Shown here one piece after another: positions 1-8,521 of a stretch of DNA of 64,000 bases. How positions within the stretch are numbered: position 1 is the stretch's first letter; each line of letters begins with the position of its first letter. Both the position numbers and the translations under genes were made by a program. The notes under the pieces are model-generated. The model did not search any database. It saw only the letters and a list, made by a program, of their open reading frames with translations, and was not told where the DNA came from. The DNA comes from Synechococcus sp. (GTDB taxonomy: Bacteria; Cyanobacteriota; Cyanobacteriia; Thermostichales; PCC-7336), in assembly GCA_051439605.1 (NCBI GenBank), contig JBFRWN010000065.1, positions 1 through 64,000 on the forward strand, given 5' to 3'.

Positions 1-125
1 GCGCCAGCGAGTTTCACGCTTGGTACGCAAAACCCTCTCCTTTTCCAAAAAGCTCGAGAATCATATCGGAGCTATCTGGATGTTTGTCCACAACTACAAC
101 GCATCCTTACTTGTCTAGGACTACC
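1..125 (+). mobile_element. Right end of an IS1-family insertion sequence
   Basis: The transposase stop lies inside ...CCTTACTTGTCTAGGACTACC, which ends at 125. Its reverse complement starts GGTAGT, an IS1-like terminal inverted repeat. Confidence 0.8.
2..118 (+). CDS. IS1-family transposase, C-terminal end (partial, runs off the left edge)
   Basis: Frame 2 reads RQRVSRLVRKTLSFSKKLENHIGAIWMFVHNYNASLLV*, the typical C-terminus of cyanobacterial IS1 InsB-like transposases. Not in the ORF track. Confidence 0.88.
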   Translation, partial: RQRVSRLVRKTLSFSKKLENHIGAIWMFVHNYNASLLV

Positions 126-765
126 AATCTTTCTGTCTAATGAGTTCGGATATCTTTAGCAAGTCACTAGGGGCTTTATCTTGAAAACGGATCTTGAGCT
201 CTAATCGCTTTTTTTGCAGTAATTTCTTTTTAGTTAGTTTGTGCCCTGAGATTAGATCGCCTATCTCTCTGATAAACCCTAAATAACTTGCCCACCACCA
301 AGCATGAATAGCTGTCGGAAACATTGACTGAATCAGGGCAGATCGCTCCCACACCTGCCTGAACAGTTGCAGTAGCGCGTAATCCCGCTCGGAATAAACT
401 TGATAAAACTGATATGCTTCTATATCAAGCGCTGAAGTATCCTCTAGTGGATATCCAAGCAAGTGGAACTTATGCCACTCACATAGAGCATTTGCTCTAC
501 AAGTCATATCTTCCACCAACAGGTCTAAGCCCCGAGTTTTGATTCCTTCTGTAGAGTAATCCTGGACGGAATTGATTGTGCTTGCATACCTTAAACTCAT
601 TCTTTTTAAGAAAAGAATTGAGTCTTTAAGCTGCTCTTGCGGGTCTTCGCACCTTACATTTTCAGCAATTGTTGCTGCTTCAGAGTAAAGTGCATTGAAT
701 AATTGCTCTAAACTTTGAATATCTAAATCTTGAATTACATACTCAATTTGATTTGCCGCTCCCAT
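121..765 (-). CDS. Hypothetical AT-rich cargo protein, probably 3'-truncated by IS1
   Basis: ATG at 765 overlaps the integrase stop (TGATG). The stop codon falls inside the IS1 terminal repeat. Visibly lower GC than core genes. Confidence 0.7.
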   Translation of the reverse strand: MGAANQIEYVIQDLDIQSLEQLFNALYSEAATIAENVRCEDPQEQLKDSILFLKRMSLRYASTINSVQDYSTEGIKTRGLDLLVEDMTCRANALCEWHKFHLLGYPLEDTSALDIEAYQFYQVYSERDYALLQLFRQVWERSALIQSMFPTAIHAWWWASYLGFIREIGDLISGHKLTKKKLLQKKRLELKIRFQDKAPSDLLKISELIRQKDW

Positions 766-1847
766 CAAGCACCTCCATACAGTTCAGGTAAGTTGAGATT
801 CCCCACCGTCCCGGCATAGTGGCGGGCTAGGGTGTCTACTCGGTGCCCCAAAACGGCAGCTACGCGAGTGAGTGGGGCACCAGCATCAATCAGGTGAGAT
901 GCGCATGTGGCCCTCATTACGTAGGGCCGCCTGTAATCAATTCCCAAAGCTGCCAAGGCAGGCACCCAGTGCCGCCGCCTAAAATTACGGTCGTCAATTG
1001 GCTTTCCATTTATCTCGAACACAAGATCCTCTGGTGCCGCATCCCCTTTCATCTCACGCAGCATTCGTATCAGTGGTAAAGATATAGGCACCACTCGCAC
1101 TTTTCCAGTTTTTGTGCTGCCCCTCGTCCTTGCCGTAGAGGAACCCTGAAATCGCTTTAAGCTCTCGGCTACTCTCACACGATTGCGGGCAAGGTCGATA
1201 TCTTTCCACCGCAAGCCAATAGTCTCCGACGTTCTCATCCCGGTTGAGAACTGCCACCGCACAAACTCCTCGTATGGCTTGCCCTCGAAAAATGTGAATA
1301 TCCGCTCAACCTCATCCTGGGTGAATGGCTGCACTTGCTTTCTAGGTGGGAGCTTGACCTTTATATGCCCGAAGAGTTCTGGGGAAATGACCTTGAGGGT
1401 GTCCAGGTAGCGATCGATGGTCCAGGGAGAGAGAGGCTTGCCCGTTGAAGTATTTTGGCGATCGCACAACCAGTGATAGAACTTGTCAGCATCCCCAACA
1501 GAACCTATCGGTCTGCCGTATGCCTGTAACACTCCAAGCAATGCCGAATCAGCGCTATTGAACCTATCCTTAATTCGTTTTCTTAGCCCGGACATTACAG
1601 AGCGATATATTCGCTCGCGGCTTTCAGTCCTCGTCCGGTACTTGTCTAGGGTGGGGTCGTAGTTGCCAGTGGCGATATCCCCCTGAATCGCGAAAGCAAT
1701 CTTCCCTGCGACCGCTCGATTGGTGGGATTATCAGGCAGCCCTACAGCCATCGTTTTCTGTTTTCCATCGAACCTCCATCGCAGTACCAACATCCCATCG
1801 CGGTTGTGGGTCCCCACTTCACCCTTTCGATATCGGTGTTTAGTCAT
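765..1847 (-). CDS. Tyrosine recombinase/integrase with N-terminal arm-DNA-binding (DUF3596-like) domain
   Basis: Arm domain LRWRFDGKQK...GLPDNPTNR...YDPTLDKY; catalytic motifs TGMRTSE, TKTG, RPYVMRAT, LGH, RHY; sits next to a tRNA 3' end. Confidence 0.93.
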   Translation of the reverse strand: MTKHRYRKGEVGTHNRDGMLVLRWRFDGKQKTMAVGLPDNPTNRAVAGKIAFAIQGDIATGNYDPTLDKYRTRTESRERIYRSVMSGLRKRIKDRFNSADSALLGVLQAYGRPIGSVGDADKFYHWLCDRQNTSTGKPLSPWTIDRYLDTLKVISPELFGHIKVKLPPRKQVQPFTQDEVERIFTFFEGKPYEEFVRWQFSTGMRTSETIGLRWKDIDLARNRVRVAESLKRFQGSSTARTRGSTKTGKVRVVPISLPLIRMLREMKGDAAPEDLVFEINGKPIDDRNFRRRHWVPALAALGIDYRRPYVMRATCASHLIDAGAPLTRVAAVLGHRVDTLARHYAGTVGNLNLPELYGGA

Positions 1848-1921
1848 TTTGACGCTCTCATTCTGTAATTTTTCTGGCGTCCAAAGACTGTAAGTACGTG
1901 TCCGTACATGTCTATTAAAAA

Positions 1922-1946
1922 CGCCTGGCCCTTTGGGGGCTAGGCG
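1922..1946 (-). terminator. Hairpin downstream of tRNA-Pro
   Basis: CGCCTGGCCC-TTTG-GGGGCTAGGCG stem; on the - strand it is followed by TTTTT. Confidence 0.6.
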
Positions 1947-1969
1947 ATAGAAGACTTATTCCATAAGGA

Positions 1970-2043
1970 TCGGGATGACAGGATTCGAACCTGCGGCCCC
2001 CTCGTCCCGAACGAGGTGCGCTACCAAACTGCGCTACATCCCG
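1970..2043 (-). tRNA. trnP: tRNA-Pro (anticodon CGG), CCA not encoded
   Basis: Reverse complement CGGGATGTAGCGCAGTTTGGTAGCGCACCTCGTTCGGGACGAGGGGGCCGCAGGTTCGAATCCTGTCATCCCGA folds as a cloverleaf with a GTTCGAATC T-loop. Confidence 0.97.
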
Positions 2044-2168
2044 AAAGCAATACAATCCTACACTGCCCACCCCCTTCTAAACCGCTGAAGTCGCGCCCCA
2101 AACGCCTACGGTATTGCACAGAGTCTTCCAGAATCAGAGCCCGAGCTAGACAAATAAGGCAAGGAATT

Positions 2169-2186
2169 GTTACATTTATTTACAAG
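2169..2186 (+). promoter_or_regulatory. HLR1 (RpaB-binding) direct repeat
   Basis: GTTACATT-TA-TTTACAAG matches (G/T)TTACA(T/A)(T/A)-N2-(G/T)TTACA(T/A)(T/A) with one mismatch. Confidence 0.7.
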
Positions 2187-2214
2187 AGGCGTTTTAATCC
2201 TCAAGGAGCGATCA

Positions 2215-2442
2215 ATGACTGCACTTGCAATTCTTTTCGTTAGTGGTTTCGTAGCAGCTGTTGTTCTGGGAACCCAAGCCTATTTTCTTGGCGAACTAAC
2301 TCGACCGATTCACGAGCGCAACTGGAAATCAGAAGGATTTCACAAACTCGCAAAAACCTTCACCGGTCGCTCTGTTAGTTATCAAGACCGCGCTTCGACC
2401 CCCTTTGTTGAAGCTGCACTGAACAACATCAGCGCCAACTAG
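2215..2442 (+). CDS. Small single-TM protein, Psb35-related photosystem II family
   Basis: AGGAG before ATG 2215; N-terminal TM helix followed by GTQAYF.GE.TRPIHERNW, a conserved cyanobacterial motif. Confidence 0.7.
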   Translation: MTALAILFVSGFVAAVVLGTQAYFLGELTRPIHERNWKSEGFHKLAKTFTGRSVSYQDRASTPFVEAALNNISAN

Positions 2443-2498
2443 AGGGTTCAACCAGCTCCCTAAAATTTCAGGAGCTCAGCTGTCTATCTCTAGTCCTA

Positions 2499-2531
2499 AA
2501 CAGCCCTAGCTCAGATGCAGCTAGGGCTGTT
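2499..2531. terminator. Intrinsic terminator hairpin between convergent genes
   Basis: AACAGCCCTAGCT-N7-AGCTAGGGCTGTT, a 13-bp perfect stem. Confidence 0.75.
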
Positions 2532-2751
2532 GCTTTGATTTCCCCGCTAGTTTCAAGCGGCGATCGCCATAGCTAACAATGAGAGCTGAGCAATTTCAGT
2601 TAGGACAGAAAAATCTATCTCTAGGTAGAGTTCTGGATAGCTAAAATGTCCTAAGCAACTTGACGGTCGCTTTAATTGGAGCAAGAACTATAAGTGAGCA
2701 ATCGCAAGTTGATGCGCCCGACAGTAGTAGGGGTAAAAAACAAACGAGAAG

Positions 2752-3027
2752 CTAAAAAAATGTTTTTTGATACACCTTTTGGAGACTTCTTAAGACCTCT
2801 GGAGAGCCTGTTCGTCGGACGACCCGAATAGATTCTTCTAAAAGTTGACGAGCCTCTGTGCGAGTGACTGATTCAAACACCGTTCGCTCGCGAGGGTTAG
2901 GATTGATGGTGACGCGGAAAAACAATCGCTGGGCATAAAGGGTCGTAAACAATCCCTGAGTTTCCCCTAAAGGACATAGGTTGAACAGAAGACCAAAGGT
3001 TGGGTGATGGAGATAGGTCTCTTGCAT
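2752..3027 (-). CDS. pipX: PII-interacting protein X
   Basis: ETYLHHPTFGLL...LFTTLYAQRLFF...FESVTRTEAR...RRTG; 91 aa from ATG 3027. Confidence 0.92.
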   Translation of the reverse strand: MQETYLHHPTFGLLFNLCPLGETQGLFTTLYAQRLFFRVTINPNPRERTVFESVTRTEARQLLEESIRVVRRTGSPEVLRSLQKVYQKTFF

Positions 3028-3417
3028 CCGAGATAAACTCTCTCGCTGCGGCGCAGCAATGGAACTGGTTAACGGGCCTTTCATAATCACATCACGCGGC
3101 TTGCTAGAGCGCAGCGCCACAATTACAGAAGGGATAACTGTTACCTCTTATGCCTATGTCTCGGACATGCTAGATAGAGCATGTGCACAGGCAAGCAAAG
3201 GTCCAGGAAATATCAAACTATTTAATCATTGAATGGCCGCAATGCACAGAATGCACATAAAAAAATCTCTCAAGAAAAGGTTTATTGAGTATCCTTGAAT
3301 TTATCTTAATTATGTATAGTTTTTGCAAGGCTAGTATTCTTCCAATGGACCCGGTAATTGGTCATTCCAGCACGCTGTGATTTACACTAAAAAAGGTTTA
3401 CAAAACTTAGTGCTCAT

Positions 3418-4284
3418 ATGGATTGCGTAATTTACCGCCGCGCACAGTTCGCAGCGAGCCATCGCTACTGGCTGCCAGAACTGACGCCTGAAGAAAATTC
3501 CGAGCGTTTTGGGATGGCTGCTAAGTTCCCCGGTCACGGTCATAACTATGAGCTACATGTGGGTATGCGGGGGGACGTGGATCGCTACGGCATGGTGTTG
3601 AATTTGTCGGAGGTGAAGCAAGTCCTGTGCTCGCGTGTTATCCAGCCGCTGAACTTTTCTTATTTGAATCAAGCATGGCCGGAGTTCGAGCAAACATTAC
3701 CTACAACCGAATGTATCGCACGAGCCATTTGGCTGCGTATATCCGATGCCCTGCCGGTGGTGTCCGTGCGTGTCAATGAAGATCCCGAATTATGGGCAGA
3801 GTATCGAGGAAACGGAATGGAATCACGTCTGACAATTAGAACTCATTTCAGTGCAGCCCACCGTTTGGCGTTGCCGGAGCTATCTTTAGAAGAAAACTCT
3901 GAAATTTATGGCTTGTGCGCCCGTACCAACGGTCATGGGCACAACTATTTTTTAGAAGTGACCGTAGTGGGCGATATGGATGAGCGGACGGGGATGATTG
4001 TTGACCTCGGCAAGCTTCAAGAAGCAATTGACACCCACGTGGTTAAGCCATTTGACCATACCTTCTTGAACAAAGACGTACCCTACTTCGCAGACGTTGT
4101 TCCCACCGCAGAGAATATCGCTCTGTGCGTTCGGCAACTGTTGACAGTCCCTATACGGCAGTTAGGCGTCAAACTAGACAAGATTCTGCTGCAGGAAAGT
4201 CCCAACAATAGCGCAGAGGTTTACGGGGAAGCCCCTGCGATCGCGGTAGAAGAGCGAGCAAATGCTGAGACCGTCACAGTTTAA
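3418..4284 (+). CDS. Tandem-domain 6-pyruvoyl-tetrahydropterin synthase / QueD-family protein
   Basis: Two T-fold repeats, each with F.A.HR, GHGHNY and PT.E motifs. Confidence 0.9.
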   Translation: MDCVIYRRAQFAASHRYWLPELTPEENSERFGMAAKFPGHGHNYELHVGMRGDVDRYGMVLNLSEVKQVLCSRVIQPLNFSYLNQAWPEFEQTLPTTECIARAIWLRISDALPVVSVRVNEDPELWAEYRGNGMESRLTIRTHFSAAHRLALPELSLEENSEIYGLCARTNGHGHNYFLEVTVVGDMDERTGMIVDLGKLQEAIDTHVVKPFDHTFLNKDVPYFADVVPTAENIALCVRQLLTVPIRQLGVKLDKILLQESPNNSAEVYGEAPAIAVEERANAETVTV

Positions 4285-4451
4285 AGTCTGCAATCAGCTG
4301 CCATAGCAGTTGTTGCGACAGAAATGAAGCCAGCCAGTGCTTCAAGTCCGAAATGTCAGCTAAGCAGCTTATCGTTGCAAAAAAAATCTCCGGTACACCG
4401 GAGATTTTGCTTTGGAGTGAATCTGGAGCACAAATTGACAGCGTGCGAGAG

Positions 4452-4769
4452 TTATGCGCCAGCGGAAGCGGTAGAAGGTTTAACCCTAGTGGAGGGAGAC
4501 TCGACTTTTTTCGTAGCCGTGGCATCAACTGGAGCCGCCTCAATGTGGTTAAACAACGTCGTTACAAAGGCGAAGAGCAGAAATGGCAGCGTAACAACCA
4601 GAACCAAAGCAACGGTGGCAAGCGCGTAAACAGGCTGGCTGCTTCCGGCCATGGCTGCCAGCGCAGCTGCCAAGCTGGCAAATATGATTAACAACCACAC
4701 CACTATCTGGCCGTAAATATCACCAAAGGTTAGGGTGCAACTGAGTCGATATTTTTGAAGATCGTTCAT
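4452..4769 (-). CDS. Conserved cyanobacterial two-TM hypothetical protein
   Basis: CTLTFGDIYGQIVVWL...LPFLLFAFVTTLFNHI; two hydrophobic helices. Confidence 0.75.
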   Translation of the reverse strand: MNDLQKYRLSCTLTFGDIYGQIVVWLLIIFASLAAALAAMAGSSQPVYALATVALVLVVTLPFLLFAFVTTLFNHIEAAPVDATATKKVESPSTRVKPSTASAGA

Positions 4770-5039
4770 TTTTAGAAATCTTGTAACGACTTGAGGGTTT
4801 TTCGAATCGATCGGCAATATTCAATGGGTACCTAAAACTAAGCGAATTTCTCACGAACTGGCTAATTTATTAAGCATCTAGGGGTCATTTTGTTACGGGG
4901 CGCAACATTGCTTGACAAGTCTCAACGGCCAGATGTGGATTGGCCAGCAAGGTTTTACCCCTACGAAGGGGCTATCTTCCCGAAAAAAGCGCTGCCATAC
5001 AACACACACCTCTATCGACTCACCTGGAACGACAGCCGC

Positions 5040-5225
5040 TCACAACCTACGTTCGAGATCGCCGTTCACGACGGGTAAACGTTCATCACCCCACCACCCA
5101 TCACACTGTTCTGCATATGTAAGAAACGAATTCGCTTGGAGTTGTTTCCACGCGAACAGCATCAGAACGATTGGGAACGTTAGGCTACTCAGGGCTAAAT
5201 TTGTGAGAGGGCAAGGGGAGCGCAT
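5040..5225 (-). CDS. Possible small hypothetical protein
   Basis: Hydrophobic N-half and a G.ERLPV ending loosely like a small cyanobacterial family; same strand as neighbours. Confidence 0.35.
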   Translation of the reverse strand: MRSPCPLTNLALSSLTFPIVLMLFAWKQLQANSFLTYAEQCDGWWGDERLPVVNGDLERRL

Positions 5226-5273
5226 TGCAATAGACTGGATACAGGTGTTGGCAATTCCAGCTTAGCCCGCGTT

Positions 5274-6002
5274 TTACTGGTAATCGGCTAATATATCACC
5301 CTCTAGGTCTGCCAGAGCTTCCAAACCTGCGGGATCCCCCAACCGCTGCAACGCCACTTGGGCATCATCTCTAACGCTGGTGTCACCATCCTGTAAAGCA
5401 GCAATTAAACCCTGAATGGATCGCCGATACAGTTCCTGCTGCTCGCTGGACCCATCCTGAAGACCCAGTTTCACCAGTACCTGGCCAATAGCCCAAGCAC
5501 AGTTGCTGCGAACGGCAGCCAGGGGCTCGTTCTTCAACGCGTTCAATAATGGTGGCAAAGATGCAGGCAGATTAAGCTGTCCCAAAGCACTGGCGGCCCA
5601 CAGTCGCACGGCCGTGATATCAGTTTTCAACACTTCGCTCAGCACGGGTAGCGCTCTGGCATCCTTAGCATTGCCCAATGCCCAGACGGCTCCTTTGCGA
5701 ACGTAGCCGTTCCAGTCTAAATTCAGCACATCGATCAGGGGCTCCACCGCACGAGGGGCACTGTTGCGACCCAAGGCATAGGCCGCACTCACCCGCACTA
5801 AGGCACATTCATCGGACAGTAGCTTGATGAGAGGATCGATCGCCTCAGGGGTTTCAATATCGCAGAAGGCTCGCGCTGCATGCATCCGCTGGGTGGTGTC
5901 ATCGCTATCCAGTAGTTCCAGCATGCTGGCGGTATCGGGGAGGGGAGGGGCTTCACCGATGTCATCCAGGGGTTCTAGGGGAGTAAAGGCTTTCTCGTAC
6001 AT
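5274..6002 (-). CDS. PBS-lyase HEAT-repeat protein
   Basis: Repeated VR..AA.ALG units; starts 6 nt after the thrC stop. Confidence 0.85.
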   Translation of the reverse strand: MYEKAFTPLEPLDDIGEAPPLPDTASMLELLDSDDTTQRMHAARAFCDIETPEAIDPLIKLLSDECALVRVSAAYALGRNSAPRAVEPLIDVLNLDWNGYVRKGAVWALGNAKDARALPVLSEVLKTDITAVRLWAASALGQLNLPASLPPLLNALKNEPLAAVRSNCAWAIGQVLVKLGLQDGSSEQQELYRRSIQGLIAALQDGDTSVRDDAQVALQRLGDPAGLEALADLEGDILADYQ

Positions 6003-6008
6003 ATGTTT

Positions 6009-7094
6009 TTAGAAGCCCATCACCTTGGCAACTGCGTCAAGATTAGCGGGCACCCCCGAATACATTTCAGTGTTGGAATGATCCACTGCGGTTATGGGGT
6101 CTTTGAGTCCATTCCCGGTCAGGACACATACGATGGTGGCTCCGGTGGGAACGCGCTCGCGGTATTTCAGCAAACCAGCCACCGAGGCGGCACTGGCGGG
6201 CTCGCAGAAGATGCCTTCTTCTCGCGCTAGCAATCGATAGGCATCCAGAATTTCAGCATCCGTGACACTACCAATATCGCCATTACTGAGATCGCGGACG
6301 GCAGTGGCTTTATTCCAGCTAGCGGGATTTCCGATCCGAATGGCAGTTGCGATAGTGGAGGGCTCGGTAATGATTCGGTCCAAAGCGATCGCCGCTGACC
6401 CTTCCGCTTCGAACCCAAACATTTTGGGGCGATGGGTGCACTTGCCCACATTCTTGTAATTGGCGAAGCCCATCCAGTAGGCGGTGATATTCCCCGCATT
6501 TCCAACGGGGATGCACAACCAGTCGGGGGCATCCCCTAGCGCGTCCACGATTTCAAAGGCAGCGGTCTTTTGACCGTTGAGACGGTAGGGATTGACCGAG
6601 TTCACCAAGGCCACGGGGTATTTCTCGGCCACCTGGCGGACAATCGCCAGCGCATCGTCAAAGTTCCCCTTGATGGCGATCGCCTCGGCCCCGTACATCA
6701 GTGCTTGCGCCAGTTTGCCCTTAGCAACGTAGCCGTCGGGAAGCAGTACGTAAGCCCGCATTCCTGCTTTGGCCGCATAGGCAGCAGCTGAAGCAGAGGT
6801 ATTCCCGGTGCTGGCACAAATAACCGCTTCAGACCCTTTTTCCTTCGCTTTAGACACCGCCATGGTCATGCCGCGATCTTTAAAGCTGCCAGTGGGATTG
6901 AGGCCGTCGAACTTAATAAATACTTGGCAAGGCTTACCGATCGCCTCGGCGATCGCCGGGGCTGGTACTAGCGGGGTGTTGCCCTCGTGCAGCGTAACCA
7001 CGGGGGTCTTGCCCGTCACGGGAAGATAGTCCCAATATTGACGGATGAGCCCTGGCCAGGCTTTGGATTCGGTACGAGGGGGGCTGAGGGTCAC
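6009..7094 (-). CDS. thrC: Threonine synthase
   Basis: [11 protein letters not shown] (PLP lysine), [25 protein letters not shown]. Confidence 0.96.
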   Translation of the reverse strand: MTLSPPRTESKAWPGLIRQYWDYLPVTGKTPVVTLHEGNTPLVPAPAIAEAIGKPCQVFIKFDGLNPTGSFKDRGMTMAVSKAKEKGSEAVICASTGNTSASAAAYAAKAGMRAYVLLPDGYVAKGKLAQALMYGAEAIAIKGNFDDALAIVRQVAEKYPVALVNSVNPYRLNGQKTAAFEIVDALGDAPDWLCIPVGNAGNITAYWMGFANYKNVGKCTHRPKMFGFEAEGSAAIALDRIITEPSTIATAIRIGNPASWNKATAVRDLSNGDIGSVTDAEILDAYRLLAREEGIFCEPASAASVAGLLKYRERVPTGATIVCVLTGNGLKDPITAVDHSNTEMYSGVPANLDAVAKVMGF

Positions 7095-7197
7095 AATAGG
7101 GAGAGCGTTGAGTCAAGTTAGCCCCATGATTATCGGGGAAAGTTATCGACTCGTCTAGAGGACGGACATTTAAAGATAAGTTCTTCTCGTAAGAGGC

Positions 7198-7506
7198 TCA
7201 ACGGTATCGGCGGGATCGGGTACGAGATTTGCCCAATTTCCAGCGCATGACTTCGGCTTTGTATTTGGTGTCGCCGTCTCCGTGCTCGTAAACCTGCAGG
7301 CCGACGGAGGTAGACCCAGGCAGCAACTTTTGTTCCGGGTCCGGTTCTTCCCCTTCCAGGGCCACAAAAAACTTCAGTTTGGCGACCAACTCCAGCATTG
7401 ACATGGATTTGGAGTCCTCCGGCACGAGGGCCCCCACAGACAAGTTGGCTTTGCGACCCTGTTTCAACACCTGCTTCCACAGCCCCTTCTGCTGCGAACG
7501 CACCAT
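7198..7506 (-). CDS. Hypothetical protein (start may be 7560)
   Basis: Fills the gap on the same strand as its neighbours; basic C-terminus; no family recognised. Confidence 0.5.
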   Translation of the reverse strand: MVRSQQKGLWKQVLKQGRKANLSVGALVPEDSKSMSMLELVAKLKFFVALEGEEPDPEQKLLPGSTSVGLQVYEHGDGDTKYKAEVMRWKLGKSRTRSRRYR

Positions 7507-7742
7507 CAGCTTCAATCCCTTTAATGGATTTAAACCGTAGGTAAACAGAACCGTGTACATGCGTTAAAACACTCTCATAAAGACTGGAATACTTATGCCA
7601 AATTACTCATATCCTAGCATTCGGGTATTAGAGAAATGCAGTTGCCAACGCAACGAAAAAAGGGTTAAAAACGATTCCACTAGCCCCCTCTTTATCAACT
7701 CATTATTTATTTATTGCTAGCTGCTCTGAAACGGCCAAGCGG

Positions 7743-8414
7743 TCACACCATCTCAGCCAAAATATCCCGCGCTGTGCAGGCTACATTCTTTTCGCCATCC
7801 TCAGTCAGAGATTCCAAAGTGGTGCGAGCGATATCTCCGCCAATTTTGCCCAGAGCAATGCAAACGCGATGCCGAGTTTGCCAGTCCGAATCCTTCGCTA
7901 GTTCCTGCAGTGCTGCTAAACCACGCTCGTCCCCCAAATCCCCCAGCGCACCAGCGGCCGTCGATCGCACCAAGACATTCTCGTCACTGGCGGCGGCAAG
8001 TACTGCATCAAGGGCCCCTAAATCACCCAGCTCCCCCAACGCGGCAATGATGCTCAGTTTCATTAACCACTCTCCCTCGCCATCAAGAGCCTCCAGCAGA
8101 TCCGGCAGCGTGTTGGGCAGCTTGAGGTCGCCGAGGGCAGCAGCAGCGGCTGCGCGCACATCCATCTCGGGGTCACCGGTTAACAGTTCCCGCAGCAAGG
8201 GAAGGGGAACCGTCTTATCAGTCAGATCCAGCGTGCCAATTTGGCTGACGGCAGCGTAGCGCACTCGCGTGTTAGGGTCTTTGGCTAAATTGGATAGCAC
8301 CGACAGTGCAGCATCAGCAGACAGCCCCCTCGCCTGATTGATGGCTTTGATGCGATCGCCCCAATCCTGCGACTTTGCCAACCGATTCAGTTCGTCTGCG
8401 TTTACCTGGGACAC
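7743..8414 (-). CDS. nblB: NblB-like phycobilisome degradation HEAT-repeat protein
   Basis: GDRIKAINQAR...D.NTRVRYAAVSQ...DVRAAAA.ALGDL...WL..SIIAALGELGD...DWQTR. Confidence 0.8.
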   Translation of the reverse strand: MSQVNADELNRLAKSQDWGDRIKAINQARGLSADAALSVLSNLAKDPNTRVRYAAVSQIGTLDLTDKTVPLPLLRELLTGDPEMDVRAAAAAALGDLKLPNTLPDLLEALDGEGEWLMKLSIIAALGELGDLGALDAVLAAASDENVLVRSTAAGALGDLGDERGLAALQELAKDSDWQTRHRVCIALGKIGGDIARTTLESLTEDGEKNVACTARDILAEMV

Positions 8415-8521
8415 TGGACTTTCCTCACTAACCGCATAGGTACCATCAGGTAACCTAACTCACTTTTTGAGATTGCCGTCAGGTCGGACGGAATTTACAT
8501 GGCGAACTGCGATTGCTGTTC

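Larger units (their letters stand above)
1..1969. mobile_element. Right boundary of an integrative element/genomic island inserted at tRNA-Pro (extends left beyond the window)
   Basis: Integrase immediately downstream of the tRNA 3' end, with an AT-rich cargo gene and an IS1. Confidence 0.75.

Noticed and set aside
3381..3405. Two TTTACA hexamers upstream of the pterin synthase gene
   Set aside because: Their spacing is well beyond the 10-nt HLR1 period.
7714..8259. Long antisense ORFs (also 10847-11386, 19186-19668, 47012-47545, 59452-59967)
   Set aside because: Shadow frames of well-supported genes, with no recognisable motifs.
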